NCBI RefSeq assembly: GCF_006345805.1
Contig: NC_043002.1
Coordinates: forward strand, 43,524,001 to 43,588,000
Length of the DNA: 64,000 bases
Direction: 5' to 3'
Source: Octopus sinensis
Lineage: Eukaryota
Made by a program: the position numbers and the translations under genes. Within the stretch, counting starts at the first letter, position 1. Each line of letters starts with the position of its first letter. A model generated the notes under the pieces. The model was not told where the DNA came from and searched no databases. It saw nothing but the letters and a program-made list of their open reading frames with translations. This document shows positions 1 through 12,419 of this stretch, in pieces.

Positions 1-177
1 ATCTCTTTTATCTTTTACTTATTTCAGTCACTGGACTGCAGTGATACCCTTGAAGGGTTAAGTTGAACATATCGGTCTGAATATATTTTTAAAGTCTGGT
101 TCTTCTTTCGGTCACTTAGGGCGAACCGCTAACTACGATGACGGTAGAGAGACAAACACAAAGGCGCGTGCGTGCAT

Positions 178-237
<60 letters not shown>

Positions 238-378
238 GATGGGCTTCAACACAGTTTCCGTCTAAAAAGTTCTCTCACGAGGTCAGCTCGGGAACTGCCG
301 TTTAAGACACTTGGCTAAGGTACCGTACTATAGCACTGAAACCGAAATAAACGTGGTTGCAAAGTGAACTTCTGAACT
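1..378 (-). mobile_element. tRNA-derived SINE family B (CORE-like body, internal microsatellite), degenerate copy
   Basis: Similar to the better copies at 25808-26170 and 35022-35704: tail ttt(c)agtca..gactgc, cgaaccgctaa, internal (CA)/(TA) tract, agacacttg.c.aaggt. Confidence 0.75.
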
Positions 379-670
379 ACAAGAGCGATTGTTGCAAAAA
401 AAAAAAAACATAAAAAAAAGCTGTTTTAAAAGATAATATATACCATGTGGATATTTTAACTCCAAATGATAAATTTGTAAGATGTATACATAATACCAAA
501 CTTTTCAATGACATTTCAATTTCCTGAAATAGGAATAAGAAAATTATTAGTTTATTCCATATTTCCATTAAGAGTATATGACACAAAGTGTTGCTTACAA
601 ATATTAAATAAATCAATGCATGAAGAAGGTGTATTGTCAATTAACTATGTTTCTTTTTTATAATTTACAG

Positions 671-715
671 GAATAACTTGAACTTTGTTACAGAAGAATT
701 GAAGAATCCTTATAG
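671..715 (+). CDS. SLC7A9: Internal exon (45 bp) of SLC7 L-type / b(0,+)AT-like amino-acid transporter
   Basis: Acceptor ttttttataatttacAG, donor GTttgt. Encodes (W)NNLNFVTEELKNPY(R), the conserved SLC7 light-chain W-N-x-LN-x-VTEE-L-x-NP motif. Its terminal AG joins the first A of the next exon to give Arg. Orthology to SLC7A9 versus other SLC7 light chains is not established. Confidence 0.88.
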
Positions 716-989
716 GTTTGTATACAATTAATTTCATGTGTGTGCGTTTGTATAGTAAAATCATAAAAAGGAGTAGAGTGAATTTTTCGTGGAGAGTGGA
801 AAATCGAACGTTTCGGACAGAGTCCTTCTTCGTATATACATATGTACTTTTTAATAAGGATAACTCAATGTGTGTTGTACTGAACATTCAGTTCCGTTAC
901 TATCTTAGATTTTCGGATTGATACACAAGTATATGCTTGAATTTCATATCATCAAGAGCATTTCTTCCCACAAAAATTGTCTAGAAAGT

Positions 990-1270
990 TTTGGGAGCTT
1001 TAAATCCCGGTGTTTATAAGCATGCAGTGCCAGAAAAGTTCAGTTAGATCAACATTATACACTTGTTCTGATGGGCAGCCTTCTTCAGAAATCATTTTCT
1101 ATTTGCATTGGCAATCTCACCAGTCATTTTAATGCTGCGTGAATTGGTGTAACTTTTAAATATTTCAAAATAAATTTTACTAAACAGAAAGTTTATGTCC
1201 GAAGCTGCACCCGCCTTCATTCGCAATTTATCAAAATAAGCTAGCTTTTGCTTCATTGCCCGTTGTGATT
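990..1270 (-). pseudogene. Tigger/pogo transposase remnant
   Basis: Minus-strand translation ..IKMTGEIANAN..ISEEGCPSEQVYNVDLTELFW resembles the Tigger I..GE..SA / EGY..EQVYN.DETGLFW region. A possible N-terminal HTH remnant lies at ~1690-1830. Confidence 0.6.
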
Positions 1271-1289
1271 ATCGGTATGTGTCCAGCCA

Positions 1290-1590
1290 GGTACGTCGTC
1301 TCTAGGGTAGGGTGTTGGCTGATGATCACAGGGCGGTGGGTTTGATTAGTGGACTGGGCGGCGCTTTGTGTCTTTAAGCAATACACATCATTTCACGCTA
1401 CTTTAGTCTACTCAGCTGAAAATGAGAACCAACCTAATGCTGGCTCAGGCCTTTCTACTCTCATGTGCCAAATCGACGTCTCACTAGATAAAGCGTGTGA
1501 GAACCGAGAGGTATTTATGTCAACTTGCAACTACATTAGTTCATTTTCATCACTAGAAGATAAAGGCTGGGATTTAAGTGTCATCCTTTA
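1290..1590 (+). mobile_element. Old tRNA-derived CORE-like SINE copy inserted in the Tigger remnant
   Basis: Aligns by eye with 59610-59760 (gg.ctgggcg.cgc.ttgtgt.ttt.agcaa.acac.tcatttcacg....cagctg..aaatgag). Confidence 0.55.
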
Positions 1591-2844
1591 GATCGACACC
1601 CGCATTCAAAAGTCTTTCCATTTCTAAAATCATTTCATATCTATAAAAATCAATGTCTAGGCATTAAAAAAGTATTTTGATTGAGCGGTTGACTTAATTT
1701 TGTGTTTATTGCACACAAGAATTGTTCTCACTATAAGTGTTGGATTCTTTAACATTTTTACAATGTAGCTGAGATTTACCTCTGTATCATTTTTTTCTTT
1801 AACGTCCAACGTTTATGACGCATTTTCGCACACCTACTCTTTACGTATTTGCAAAGAAATGAAGGCAAAACGGTGATAGGCAAGAAACTTACCCCAAATA
1901 ACAGTGAGCAGTGATGGTCAAAATCGGTAAAATGAGTGATAATCTTATTACCACAGGTACAATAACAGAAATGATAAAATGAAGAAATGGAGGAATGAAG
2001 TCGAAGTATGTGAACTGTCCTGTGTAGAAGACAGTACAGTATGGTTAAAGTCGGTAGGAAGACCTAGATCGTTTGAACTGATGCATGTACAAACATGTTG
2101 GAGTGCGGAGGTCAGAGGGAACGGGGAGAAGAGAAGTGTTGGCAAGAATATTGAGATCACTGGAATATATGATCAACCAGATTGTTGAGAGCAGGGAAAA
2201 ATAAATAAGCATGTAATGAGGGCAGGTGTTAACAGAATTGTTAAATACAATGAAAAATAACAAAGTTTGTTGAAAAGAAATAAACAAATTGCAAGAATTG
2301 AATTAGTAGACTGTGAACAATTAACATGTACAAAGAATTGAGAGAGATGTTAATGAAACAAGCGACAGATATATTCAGATCTCTCACCAGTTTTATATTA
2401 TTTGTAAATATAATTTTTATGCAATTATAAATTTTATGTATATATAACGACCGTTTTGGTTGTTAAATTTTATCTTAATTACCCATAGGTCTTCACGAGG
2501 TTGTATTTTGAAATAAATGGCCAAACATTATACAATTTCTGTAAATGCAAAGTTTTGTAACAAGAGTTGCTACAACCTGAGAATAAGTATGGGAATGCAT
2601 ATGTCTATGTGTTATCACGTATTAAGTTTTGTAATACCCAAATTTCTCTTTGCAATAATAACCTCATAAAATTATAAATATTTTCTACTTGCTTTCCAGT
2701 CATTTGGTTGATCCTATATTGTGTGCTTGAGAGTAATAAGATTTTTCTTGTTCTGACTTGAAATTCAACGTGTAGAGAGCTTAACCTTTCCTCTAATTAT
2801 ATGTGTTCGCGTATGTCTACATTCAACTATATACATGTGTATGT

Positions 2845-2955
2845 CATTATCCAGTTTATTTCAAGATTTCTTGCCAATATAGAAAGAACCGGTTTCTAAC
2901 CTAGATCCAAGGCTTCTTCGTTGGAATTTCAACATCAACAACAGGGTATTTTTGT
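2845..2955 (-). repeat. ~110-bp dispersed repeat attached to (TATG)n; inverted partner at 7912-8024
   Basis: Reverse complement matches 7912-8024 (accctgttgttgatgtt.aaattccaa.gaa..agccttggat.taggtt.gaa.ccgg.tctttct.tattggcaag). Confidence 0.75.
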
Positions 2956-4331
2956 ATGTATGTATGTATGTATGTACGTATGTATGTACGTACGTATGTA
3001 TGTATGTATGTATGTATGTATGTATGTATGTATGTATGTATGTAGGTAGGTAGGTAGGTACAAACTATAAATACATTTCGTCAAAATCATTTCCAAAGAA
3101 TTATTTCATCACTCCTGAGCATGGTCCTTTTCTTTTTAAAAAATAATTCCTTATAAATTCGCTGGCTTGAAACCCTATATTTATTTCCAAAAATATTACC
3201 CAGGACTCCTGTCAGCGGCGTCTTATGCGAGGTCTTCTTGCAGTTTTGAGAAATAATATGAAAGATAGGTTGAATTTCCTTAGCTCATCAATCTCTGTCT
3301 TTCTTTCATAGGAACCTGTCATACTTGGACTAATATTGGTTTAACAATATGGAAATATGTTAGAATTCTGAGAAGCCCATTGGTTTTATCTGTCCAAGAA
3401 GACTTCCTGTTACCAATTGTTTTGTTTTTTTCATAGGGGCCATTTTCTTTGTGGTTTTGCATATGAGCGAGGTAGAAGGCATTAGCTCCAAATTACAATC
3501 GGATTCCTGATACATATGTTTCATTACGTGCTGCAAACTCGTATTCATTGGTGTTAACGCATTGCTCCTTCTCCGAACAAAGGTCAGGAGAACAATCATC
3601 AAAAAATTCAATTTTACTAGGCTTAGTATAACAAGAGAGAGAGAGAGAGAGAGAGAAAGAGGGAGAGAGAGAATTTTAAACCAGCAAGTATCCCGGAACA
3701 ACATTTCTAAACTGGAACAGCTCTGATTTAACCAAGAAATGTAAAACGCACGCACGTACGCACACACATTCACATATATATAGATTAATCTCTATTTTTG
3801 TAAGCAGTTGTATGTCTTAATTTTTGTATGCAGTGTAAATTAACCAAATAGAAGCAAATTAACCAAATAGAAACACATATACGAACTGCTAATTTAACGG
3901 TAAATTCCACAATAATTATTATAGATAAATTTCATAATATATTCTATATTAAGCACATGTGTTAAATGTTAATTTAAGGGTTAATATGTAACTGTAAATA
4001 CCTTGCAACCTTGCAACTGCTGCGATAATTATTAACTGGTAATTGAACGGTACATGTGTATTTTTATATACCTTGACGCTGCCACCACATTGTTCTTTGT
4101 CAAGACTTTCATTTCCAGCCGTTCGTTATGTCAGTCAACACACATATACTGACACACCATTCCGCTGTCATGGCCGTAAAGACGGAAAGTTGGTGATGCA
4201 TAATGTTGTTCACATTATGATATAAATTATTCATTTATTTCAAATACTATAGAAATAAGATGATTTTAAATGTTATCATATTAGAATTTAAAGTGAAAGA
4301 ATAAAAGTGAAACAATATTATAGCCTTATAA

Positions 4332-4535
4332 GGCGGCGAGCTGGCAGAAACGTTAGCACGCCGGCGAAATACTTGGTGCCATTTCACCTGTCTGAGATCA
4401 AATTCCGCCGAGTCGACTTAGCCTTTCATCGTTTCGGAGTTGATAAATTAAGTACCAGTTGTGTAGTGGTCGATCTAATCTACTGGCCCCCTCCCCCAAA
4501 ATTTTAGATTTTGTGTCTAGAGTAGAAAAGAATAT
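4332..4535 (+). mobile_element. tRNA-derived SINE family A
   Basis: Head ggcggcgagctggcagaaacgttagcacgccgg and core gcctttcatc.tttcgg.gt.gataaattaagtaccag, shared with more than 10 copies in the window. Confidence 0.85.
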
Positions 4536-4539
4536 TCTA

Positions 4540-4800
4540 GTTTTATCACATTAGAATTAAAAATGGAAGAATAAAAGTGAAACAATATTATCTTTTGACC
4601 GAAGCAGGCTAAAAGATTGCTCCGGGTCCGCGTTAAGTTGAAATCTTTTTTGCCTATGACACTCAATGGACGCTAAGTAATGCATGTGTAAATTTTGAAT
4701 GAAATCGGTTGACTACTTCTCGAGTATTAGGGATTCACACATACAAACATATAGACAAACAAACAGACACATTTTCAGTTTACGTAGTCCACAAATTATC
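4540..4800 (-). mobile_element. Non-autonomous Helitron-like repeat fragment
   Basis: Similar in reverse complement to 12035-12410 (ctcgagaa.ta..caacc.atttcattcaaa.tt.acac) and shares aaagtgaaacaatat.atc motifs. Confidence 0.45.
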
Positions 4801-4843
4801 TACCTTGAAACACGTCACATTAAATGGACCCGACCCTGTATGA

Positions 4844-5325
<482 letters not shown>

Positions 5326-5327
5326 GG

Positions 5328-5660
<333 letters not shown>

Positions 5661-5709
5661 CTGTTTCAACACACGGTTTCACATCAAGAATCCTGCAAAG
5701 CATATATAT

Positions 5710-5798
<89 letters not shown>

Positions 5799-7810
5799 AG
5801 ATATACATACATGTATACGAATAGATATATGATTCGGGTAATAAAGCTATGTGGTTCAACAGCGTTTTATTCGTGGATCATACTATCGCAGCTAGACTAT
5901 GTTTACCAAACATATCGTACATGTCTTATGTAAACATATTTATTCAAAACCACGCTGCTTTGTTACACTGTTATTAAATCTCAATTGCCGATTTCGTATA
6001 GTTATGTAAATTTCTGTACAATCGTAATAGTTAGTTTACATTATCCATAGGAAGAGCTATTATTCTTAACTTCGCATTAACTTACTCCTAGTGAATCTTT
6101 GCCGATGCTTTTATGATTTATCCATGAGTTATATTTTCACAGTAAGGCTGCATCTGTATTTATAACCAATAAAGTGTACGACATATTTATTAATAACATC
6201 ATTGCTTTGCTATCTTTCTTATTAAGTATGCTTTTAAAAATAATTTACACTTTCACTAGATTCATTCGTTAGACTAGGTTCAGCTTTTCCTCTCTCTCTG
6301 TTACCCATAGATTTTTTTTTATTGCACCGGTAAATGTCAGTTTTGTTCCATTCAGGTTTCAGATTTTTCCAAAGGTGACCAGAGTTTGCGAATTTCATAC
6401 GGTATCCTTTGTTCCGAATACATGGTCAAATGTCACCTATAAGATTTAAATCTACTGTCTGACTTGGCTCAAACATAAATGTTAAGAGGGATTTCCTTTA
6501 ACCACGATCTGTTGCTTTTGGAGTATGCGGGCTATTTTGAAAAATAGCTTCTTTGCTTTGTTTGTATTTTGTTTTGCTTTGTCTTTTTTCCTTCTCCTGG
6601 AAATCATTGCTGCAAAAACAATCCTTTCCCTGGCATTTTTAGGTACTCCAAAGTAGTAACTGACGATTCACACCTTATAAGTTTACCATTGCTTGTAGAT
6701 GGAAATGCGCCTCTAACCATGATTCTACCTCCTCTATGTTCTGTAATTGTAGAAATTCACACAAATAATGGGATCTCTCACCAGCTCTGTAAAGGCACTG
6801 TTTTAGGCATCATTACCACGCTTAAATCTTGATTCTTCACTCCATTGGACTTTCTGAAACCTGTTTCAATTACAGTTACTATACTTGGTCAAAAAATGCA
6901 ATCTGTCACAATTTTTATCAAAGGCTCCTTAGAATATCTCTTAGAGGCAAAAACCAGTACTTTTCCCTCTTATAAAAGTGCATACTTGTTTCCAGCTGTT
7001 CTAAACTCTTTTAGCTGCCACTACAAGTTTTCCTTTCTTTCTAGAAGAATGAAGAATTTCAGTCTTCTGCCGTCTATATTTGTAATAGTTTCAGACTTGC
7101 CAGATCTTTTTATTTTATTTTCAGTAAAACTAGTTTTCTCGAATTGAAGATTTATTCCTTTTATGGTAGGCTGATAAAAATGGGTTATCTTCTTCAGAGT
7201 ATCTTGCAGGAAGGATTTCAGTATATCTGATGCTCGAATCACAAACAATAGTAATTTGATTTTTAATATACACACCAGAATGTAATTTCATTTTTCTTTG
7301 AAGGCATATGAAACACAATATGTTAACTGCTTTGATTTAGCTATCCAATTTTAATTAGAGCTATTCACGTATAACTTTTTATTTAAACGTTGAAAGAAAC
7401 TTCCTGCAGGCTTCCATTTAAAAGAATCCTAAAACTATATATGTTATTTCAGTACTTTCTCCAATTCTTTTTATTACATAGAACAATCCAATGCAAATTT
7501 ATCTTTCATTTTCTAGATATAGAAATATAATCTCTTCTCTTTGCTTGGGATAATGGAACACAATCTTTGAATTTCATTTGTTTTATAAAACTTTATAAAC
7601 GAGACTGTAAAACACGTTTGTGAGGAAAAAAATTGGCGTATATGGATTGAAAAAAAAACTGTTTGGGTAATTTTTTCTCTTTTTTTTTTGCCTAAGAATA
7701 TACCGATCTACCTTTCGGTATGTATATACACATGCAGAGCATACATATACACACATACAATACAAATACATACATACACACGCGCTTACACACTCACATA
7801 CATACATACA

Positions 7811-7844
<34 letters not shown>

Positions 7845-7911
7845 CATACATACATACATACATACATACATACATACATACATACATACATACATACATA
7901 CATACATGCAT

Positions 7912-8024
7912 ACAAAATTACCCTGTTGTTGATGTTAAAATTCCAATGAAAGAGCCTTGGATTTAGGTTTGAAGCCGGCTCTTTCTCTATTGGCAAGGAA
8001 CCTTGAAATAAAACTGAATAATGA
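7912..8024 (+). repeat. Second copy of the ~110-bp (TACA)n-associated repeat
   Basis: Inverted relative to 2845-2955; follows the (TACA)n tract at ~7797-7911. Confidence 0.75.
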
Positions 8025-8039
8025 ATCACAATGGAATCA

Positions 8040-8404
8040 CAAACACCAAGAAACATTTCGTTCGGAATTTGTGCACATACTCGTTTAATAGCTGTTATTT
8101 CTTGCTTTGTGGGGTTCATCGATGTCGCGGTCTTCTGGAACGATTCCTGTGAACATTCTCAACAGCTTCAAACTTATCTCTAATTCGAGTGATAGTAAGT
8201 CGCGTGGATAGATGTGATTGCAACTCCCTTCTAAACTGTCTCTGCTCTTCGACTGCGTTTTCAAACTTCCAGTAGTGCTTCAGGATATATTTCCTGTGTT
8301 AAACGCTTCATCAATTCTAATGGGTTAAATCTTAAAATAAGAGAAGAAAATTAAATGAGTTGTCAATTGCTAAAGTACATATACTGTTTTAGGACTCCCT
8401 GTAT
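8040..8404 (-). mobile_element. Internally deleted Tc1/mariner-type transposon
   Basis: End TA-CAGGGAGTCC on the minus strand (~8393-8404). N-terminal HTH-like ..ILKHYWKFENAVEEQRQFRRE..TRLTITRIRDKFE..HRNRSRRPR is joined directly to C-terminal-like ITAIKRVCAQIPNEMF..VC. Confidence 0.6.
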
Positions 8405-9049
8405 ATCAACATACAAACGTACAAATTATTTAACGTCACTTATAAAGTATGAAGTACTATTTAGTTTATAGACCCACTTGTTTCCTTTAGCGGCTGTAAA
8501 ACTGCAACCAACCAACTACAGCGATTTTAGTGACATTTATGTCTAGTGATATTACTGTCAGCAGCGCGTAGAGAAAGGGTAAGAGATAGGCAGTGTGAAG
8601 GAGAAATAGACAGAGGAAGAGGATGATAGACAATACATTACAAAAATTTACAACAAATCTATGTAAATATTATCTTTTATTTAGTCATTCATTTATTGAT
8701 TTAGTCATTTTATTTATCTAGTTATTTGACATTTGTAGTCACTGTTACATCAGGAATTGCTGTCAAATATCTATTTACCAACAACTAACATTACTGGGCG
8801 TTTGAAATAGCTGCATGGTGATTAATTTTACCACTTGACTGTTCAAATGTTAACTTGTAGTGATTTACAATTTGATGTTTTAGATGCTCAAAGAGGCTTC
8901 AAGTGATTTCAATGCTTATGTTAAAAGCTTTTCATTGCAATAAACTCACTCACAGAATTGATGACAATTTCCCGGCTGAAGAACCGTTAGTTCATATCTG
9001 TTCATTGGATGTTGTCAATGCTAGTGCTGCTGCTGCTGCTGCTGTTGCT

Positions 9050-9435
9050 GTTGAGCGAAGCGGTCTTCGTCTCAGAGCTCGCAAGATCGCGCCTCTGTAG
9101 TGGGAGAAGTCCGAAACGTGGTCTTTTGCTATTCGTAAGACCCGCAAAAGAGAAAGCAGGTCAATTCCCGACACCGAGAGCATCGACGGATGGATGAATG
9201 CGCATCCAGGCTCAGCGGTTGCGTAGGAAGTCGGGGACAAGAAACGGGAAGAAAGAGTGAGAGAAAGTCGGGGCGAAAGAGTACAACAAGGGTCGCCACC
9301 ACCCCCTGCCGGAGCCTCGTGGAGCTTTAGGTGTTTTCGCTCAATAAACACACACAACGCCCGGTCTGGGAATCGAAACCGCGATCTTCCGACCGCGAGT
9401 CCGCTGCTCTAACCATTGGGCCATTGCGTCTCCAC
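9050..9435 (-). mobile_element. tRNA-Arg-like SINE family C
   Basis: Minus-strand head gtggagacgcaatggcccaatggttagagcagcggacTCGcggtcgg..ggtttcgattccc (A and B boxes, TCG anticodon); body shared with 55436-55724 and 59836-60140. Confidence 0.85.
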
Positions 9436-10466
9436 TGCTGCTGCAGATGTTGTTTTTGTTGTTGTTGTTTAACCCCAGATCAACCGAATTCTATCGCAGC
9501 AGACCTATAATTAAAGATATTCCAGTCGTGATCATCCCGATTATATTCTATATAGAGAGAAAGCTTGATCAGATTATCCAACACGTTCTTTTTAAAGGTG
9601 GAAGATTGTAACTCAAGGTATGTTTTACCGTGCTTATTGTAAGTATTAGGCAAGTCATCAAACTTCCCATCAGGAACAGGCTAAACAGTTTTTGTCTACA
9701 CAATTCTACTCCCAAAGCGCAGCAACATACATACATTCATATGCATTGTGTGTGTGAGAGCATGTATGTGTCTGTGTATATGTGTGTACGTGTGTGTTTT
9801 CATTCTTATGTGTTGTGTGTGTACATGTGAGTGCATATATATGTATATATATATATACTCGGTGATTTATCACAGTTGTTCCCGCTTTTTGTTTCAAAGA
9901 AATATTTCCAAAGTTATAACTGGCTACACAATCAGTACCAGGTCAGCGCACGTGATTCTCGGTTCATAGTTTCCAATATATAATATTTGTCCCACCGTGG
10001 TTGACTTTGCCTTTCCTTGGAGTGATAACATAGCAGCAGTCAAGCATTTGGGTTAATATATATAGTAGACTATATCCTCAGCAACAAAAATATTTTTGAC
10101 CTTGTGCTTACGTTAGAAACCAGAATATAATCTTTATCTGTTAACTTACATTTTACAGGCATAAAATCTCGTGCGTCATATTTCATCTTCCTGTTTGTTT
10201 TTCTTTTGAAGCTGTCAAAAAAATCAGCACGCTTTCCGTGTACGAAAAAGAGTATATTAAGAGGTGTATATGCGTTATTTGCTGGAAGAAGCAAACAAAA
10301 TCTAGGAACTACAAAATATCTAAGTTCACAACACTATCACAATGTAACTTCTGATATCATTCTTTTATTTTTCATATACAATCCTTGCCAACGTCCATGA
10401 AACAAAGTCTTCGCAAAATCTTTAATTTTCTTTCATATATATATATATATGAATAAGGTGTATATC

Positions 10467-10517
<51 letters not shown>

Positions 10518-10649
10518 AAAATAGTAAAGTGTGAAAAAACGACAGAAGGCTTAAATGTTAAAAAATATATATATTTGTGTCAAAATGTCTGGAGAACATT
10601 GGAAAAATTTTTTTCCTTTCCTTAAAATGACATAATTTTAAAATTTTTA

Positions 10650-10689
10650 AAGAAATTACCGGTTTCGCGTGTAGCTTTTCAAATTTCTT
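10650..10689 (-). ncRNA. Second copy of the U3:A8 HHR (inverted arm)
   Basis: Exact reverse complement of 11805-11844. Confidence 0.7.
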
Positions 10690-11159
10690 GTGACGTTATG
10701 TTTATATTGCATGGAATTATCGTTGTTTTTATTTCCAGGAGATTTCTAAATAAGGGGAGGTAGTGAGTGATTTTTTCCGGTGTAGGGGAGATAATCGCTT
10801 AAAAAATTTTTTTTTCCATTTCCTTGTTAATTTCTCTGTGTCAGTATGTTCGGATGGTTGAGTCTGGGTTTGTACTTTTCAATGAAGAATGTTTCCTTGT
10901 TCAGTCTCATTTGTGTTGATGATCCGAAAGCACATTGGTAAAATGGGAAGATTAAAAATTGTGGCAGTAGTTGCTTTGCGCATTTCTCAATGTGCTCACT
11001 AAAAGGTATCATTCTATATTCTGGGAATGCAATCTGTTGTCGATGCAGTGTGCATCTGCGCCTGAGTGATAGTCCCGTGGAACCATCACCATCATCACCC
11101 AGAATTTACCAATACTTCATAAAAACCCAAAATTAAAGGAAATTCTAAACATACACCAA

Positions 11160-11667
11160 ATCATTAAAAGCTACAAACAGCCTAAATCACTTAAAAAGAT
11201 TCTCACAAAGGCAAAATTGTCTTCTAAAATTACGGATGCAAAAGTAAAAAAATGTGGTAGATCGAACTGTGCAACATGTCCTAACCTATTGGAAGGATCA
11301 GAATTCTTCTTTAAGAGGGACAGAAATTTAAGATCAAATCTAACTTTACTTGTGCCTCTGAAAACATAATTTATGTTATTAAATGCTCGGGCTGCCACCA
11401 GACTACGTGGGTTCCACGGGACTATCACTCAGGCGCAGATGCACACTGCATCGACAACAGATTGCATTCCCAGAATATAGAATGATACCTTTTAGTGAGC
11501 ACATTGAGAAATGCGCAAAGCAACTACTGCCACAATTTTTAATCTTCCCATTTTACCAATGTGCTTTCGGATCATCAACACAAATGAGACTGAACAAGGA
11601 AACATTCTTCATTGAAAAGTACAAACCCAGACTCAACCATCCGAACATACTGACACAGAGAAATTAA
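11160..11667 (+). pseudogene. PLE linker Zn-finger plus GIY-YIG endonuclease (frameshifted)
   Basis: IIY and YVG motifs, conserved R, H, E and LN residues; two frameshifts near 11315 and 11400. Confidence 0.85.
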
Positions 11668-11804
11668 CAAGGAAATGGAAAAAAAAAATTTTTAAGCGAT
11701 TATCTCCCCTACACCGGAAAAAATCACTCACTACCTCCCCTTATTTAGAAATCTCCTGGAAATAAAAACAACGATAATTCCATGCAATATAAACATAACG
11801 TCAC

Positions 11805-11844
11805 AAGAAATTTGAAAAGCTACACGCGAAACCGGTAATTTCTT
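11805..11844 (+). ncRNA. Minimal type I HHR, U3:A8 core variant
   Basis: aagaaat-TTGAAAA-GC tacac GC-GAA-ACCGGT-A-atttctt: 7-bp perfect stem I, 2-bp stem II, palindromic stem III, cleavage triplet GUA. Confidence 0.7.
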
Positions 11845-12034
11845 TAAAAATTTTAAAATTATGTCATTTTAAGGAAAGGAAAAAAATTTTTCCAATATTC
11901 TCCAGACATTTTGACACAAATATATATATTTTTTAACATTTAAGCCTTCTGTCGTTTTTTCACACTTTACTATTTTCTTATATATTCACCCACGTGCTTT
12001 ACCAAACAAACTTTCTTATATATATATATATATA

Positions 12035-12410
12035 TAAATAAAACACAGAATCTGTGTGACAGTCTGTATGTGTGAAGCCCGAAAACTCGAGAACTACCCA
12101 ACCAATTTCATTCAAATTATACACTAAAACTGAGAATGTGTATCTGTCTGTCTGTATTTATATATGTGTGTGTGAAGCCCTAAAACTAGAGAACAACGCA
12201 ATCGATTTAATTCAAACTTTATACATACATTACTTTGAGACCATGGAGTGTCATGGGCCGAAACAATTTTCAACTTCTTGCCTAATGAGGGCCCGGGGCA
12301 GTCTCTTAGACTAGTTCTGTATTACGTGTCAAAAGTGAAACAATATCATCTATATTGTAATGTGATATAATATGGTTTCATTCTTATTCTTTCACTTTTA
12401 ATTCTACTGT
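12035..12410 (+). mobile_element. 5' part of a non-autonomous Helitron-like repeat
   Basis: ataaaa..gtgtg..gtctgt start typical of this family; internal duplication (gtgtgaagccc.aaaact.gaga twice); similar to 4540-4800. Confidence 0.45.
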
Positions 12411-12419
12411 GAGACTCAT

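Larger units (their letters stand above)
10510..12020 (+). mobile_element. Penelope-like element (Neptune-type), 5'-truncated, with inverted pLTR-containing segment
   Basis: Frameshifted + strand translation ..KKCGRSNCATCP..FTCASENIIYVIKCSGC../DYVGSTG.SLRRR..LH..HIEKC..E.FFI.KYKP.LN gives a Zn-finger linker plus GIY-YIG endonuclease. 10510-11084 is a near-perfect inverted copy of 11410-11984. Flanked by (TA)n. Confidence 0.88.

Noticed and set aside
6569-7000. Possible Helitron PIF1-helicase remnant on the + strand
   Set aside because: Only faint resemblance (KTILSLAF.G, LLVDG..P); too decayed to support without a profile search.
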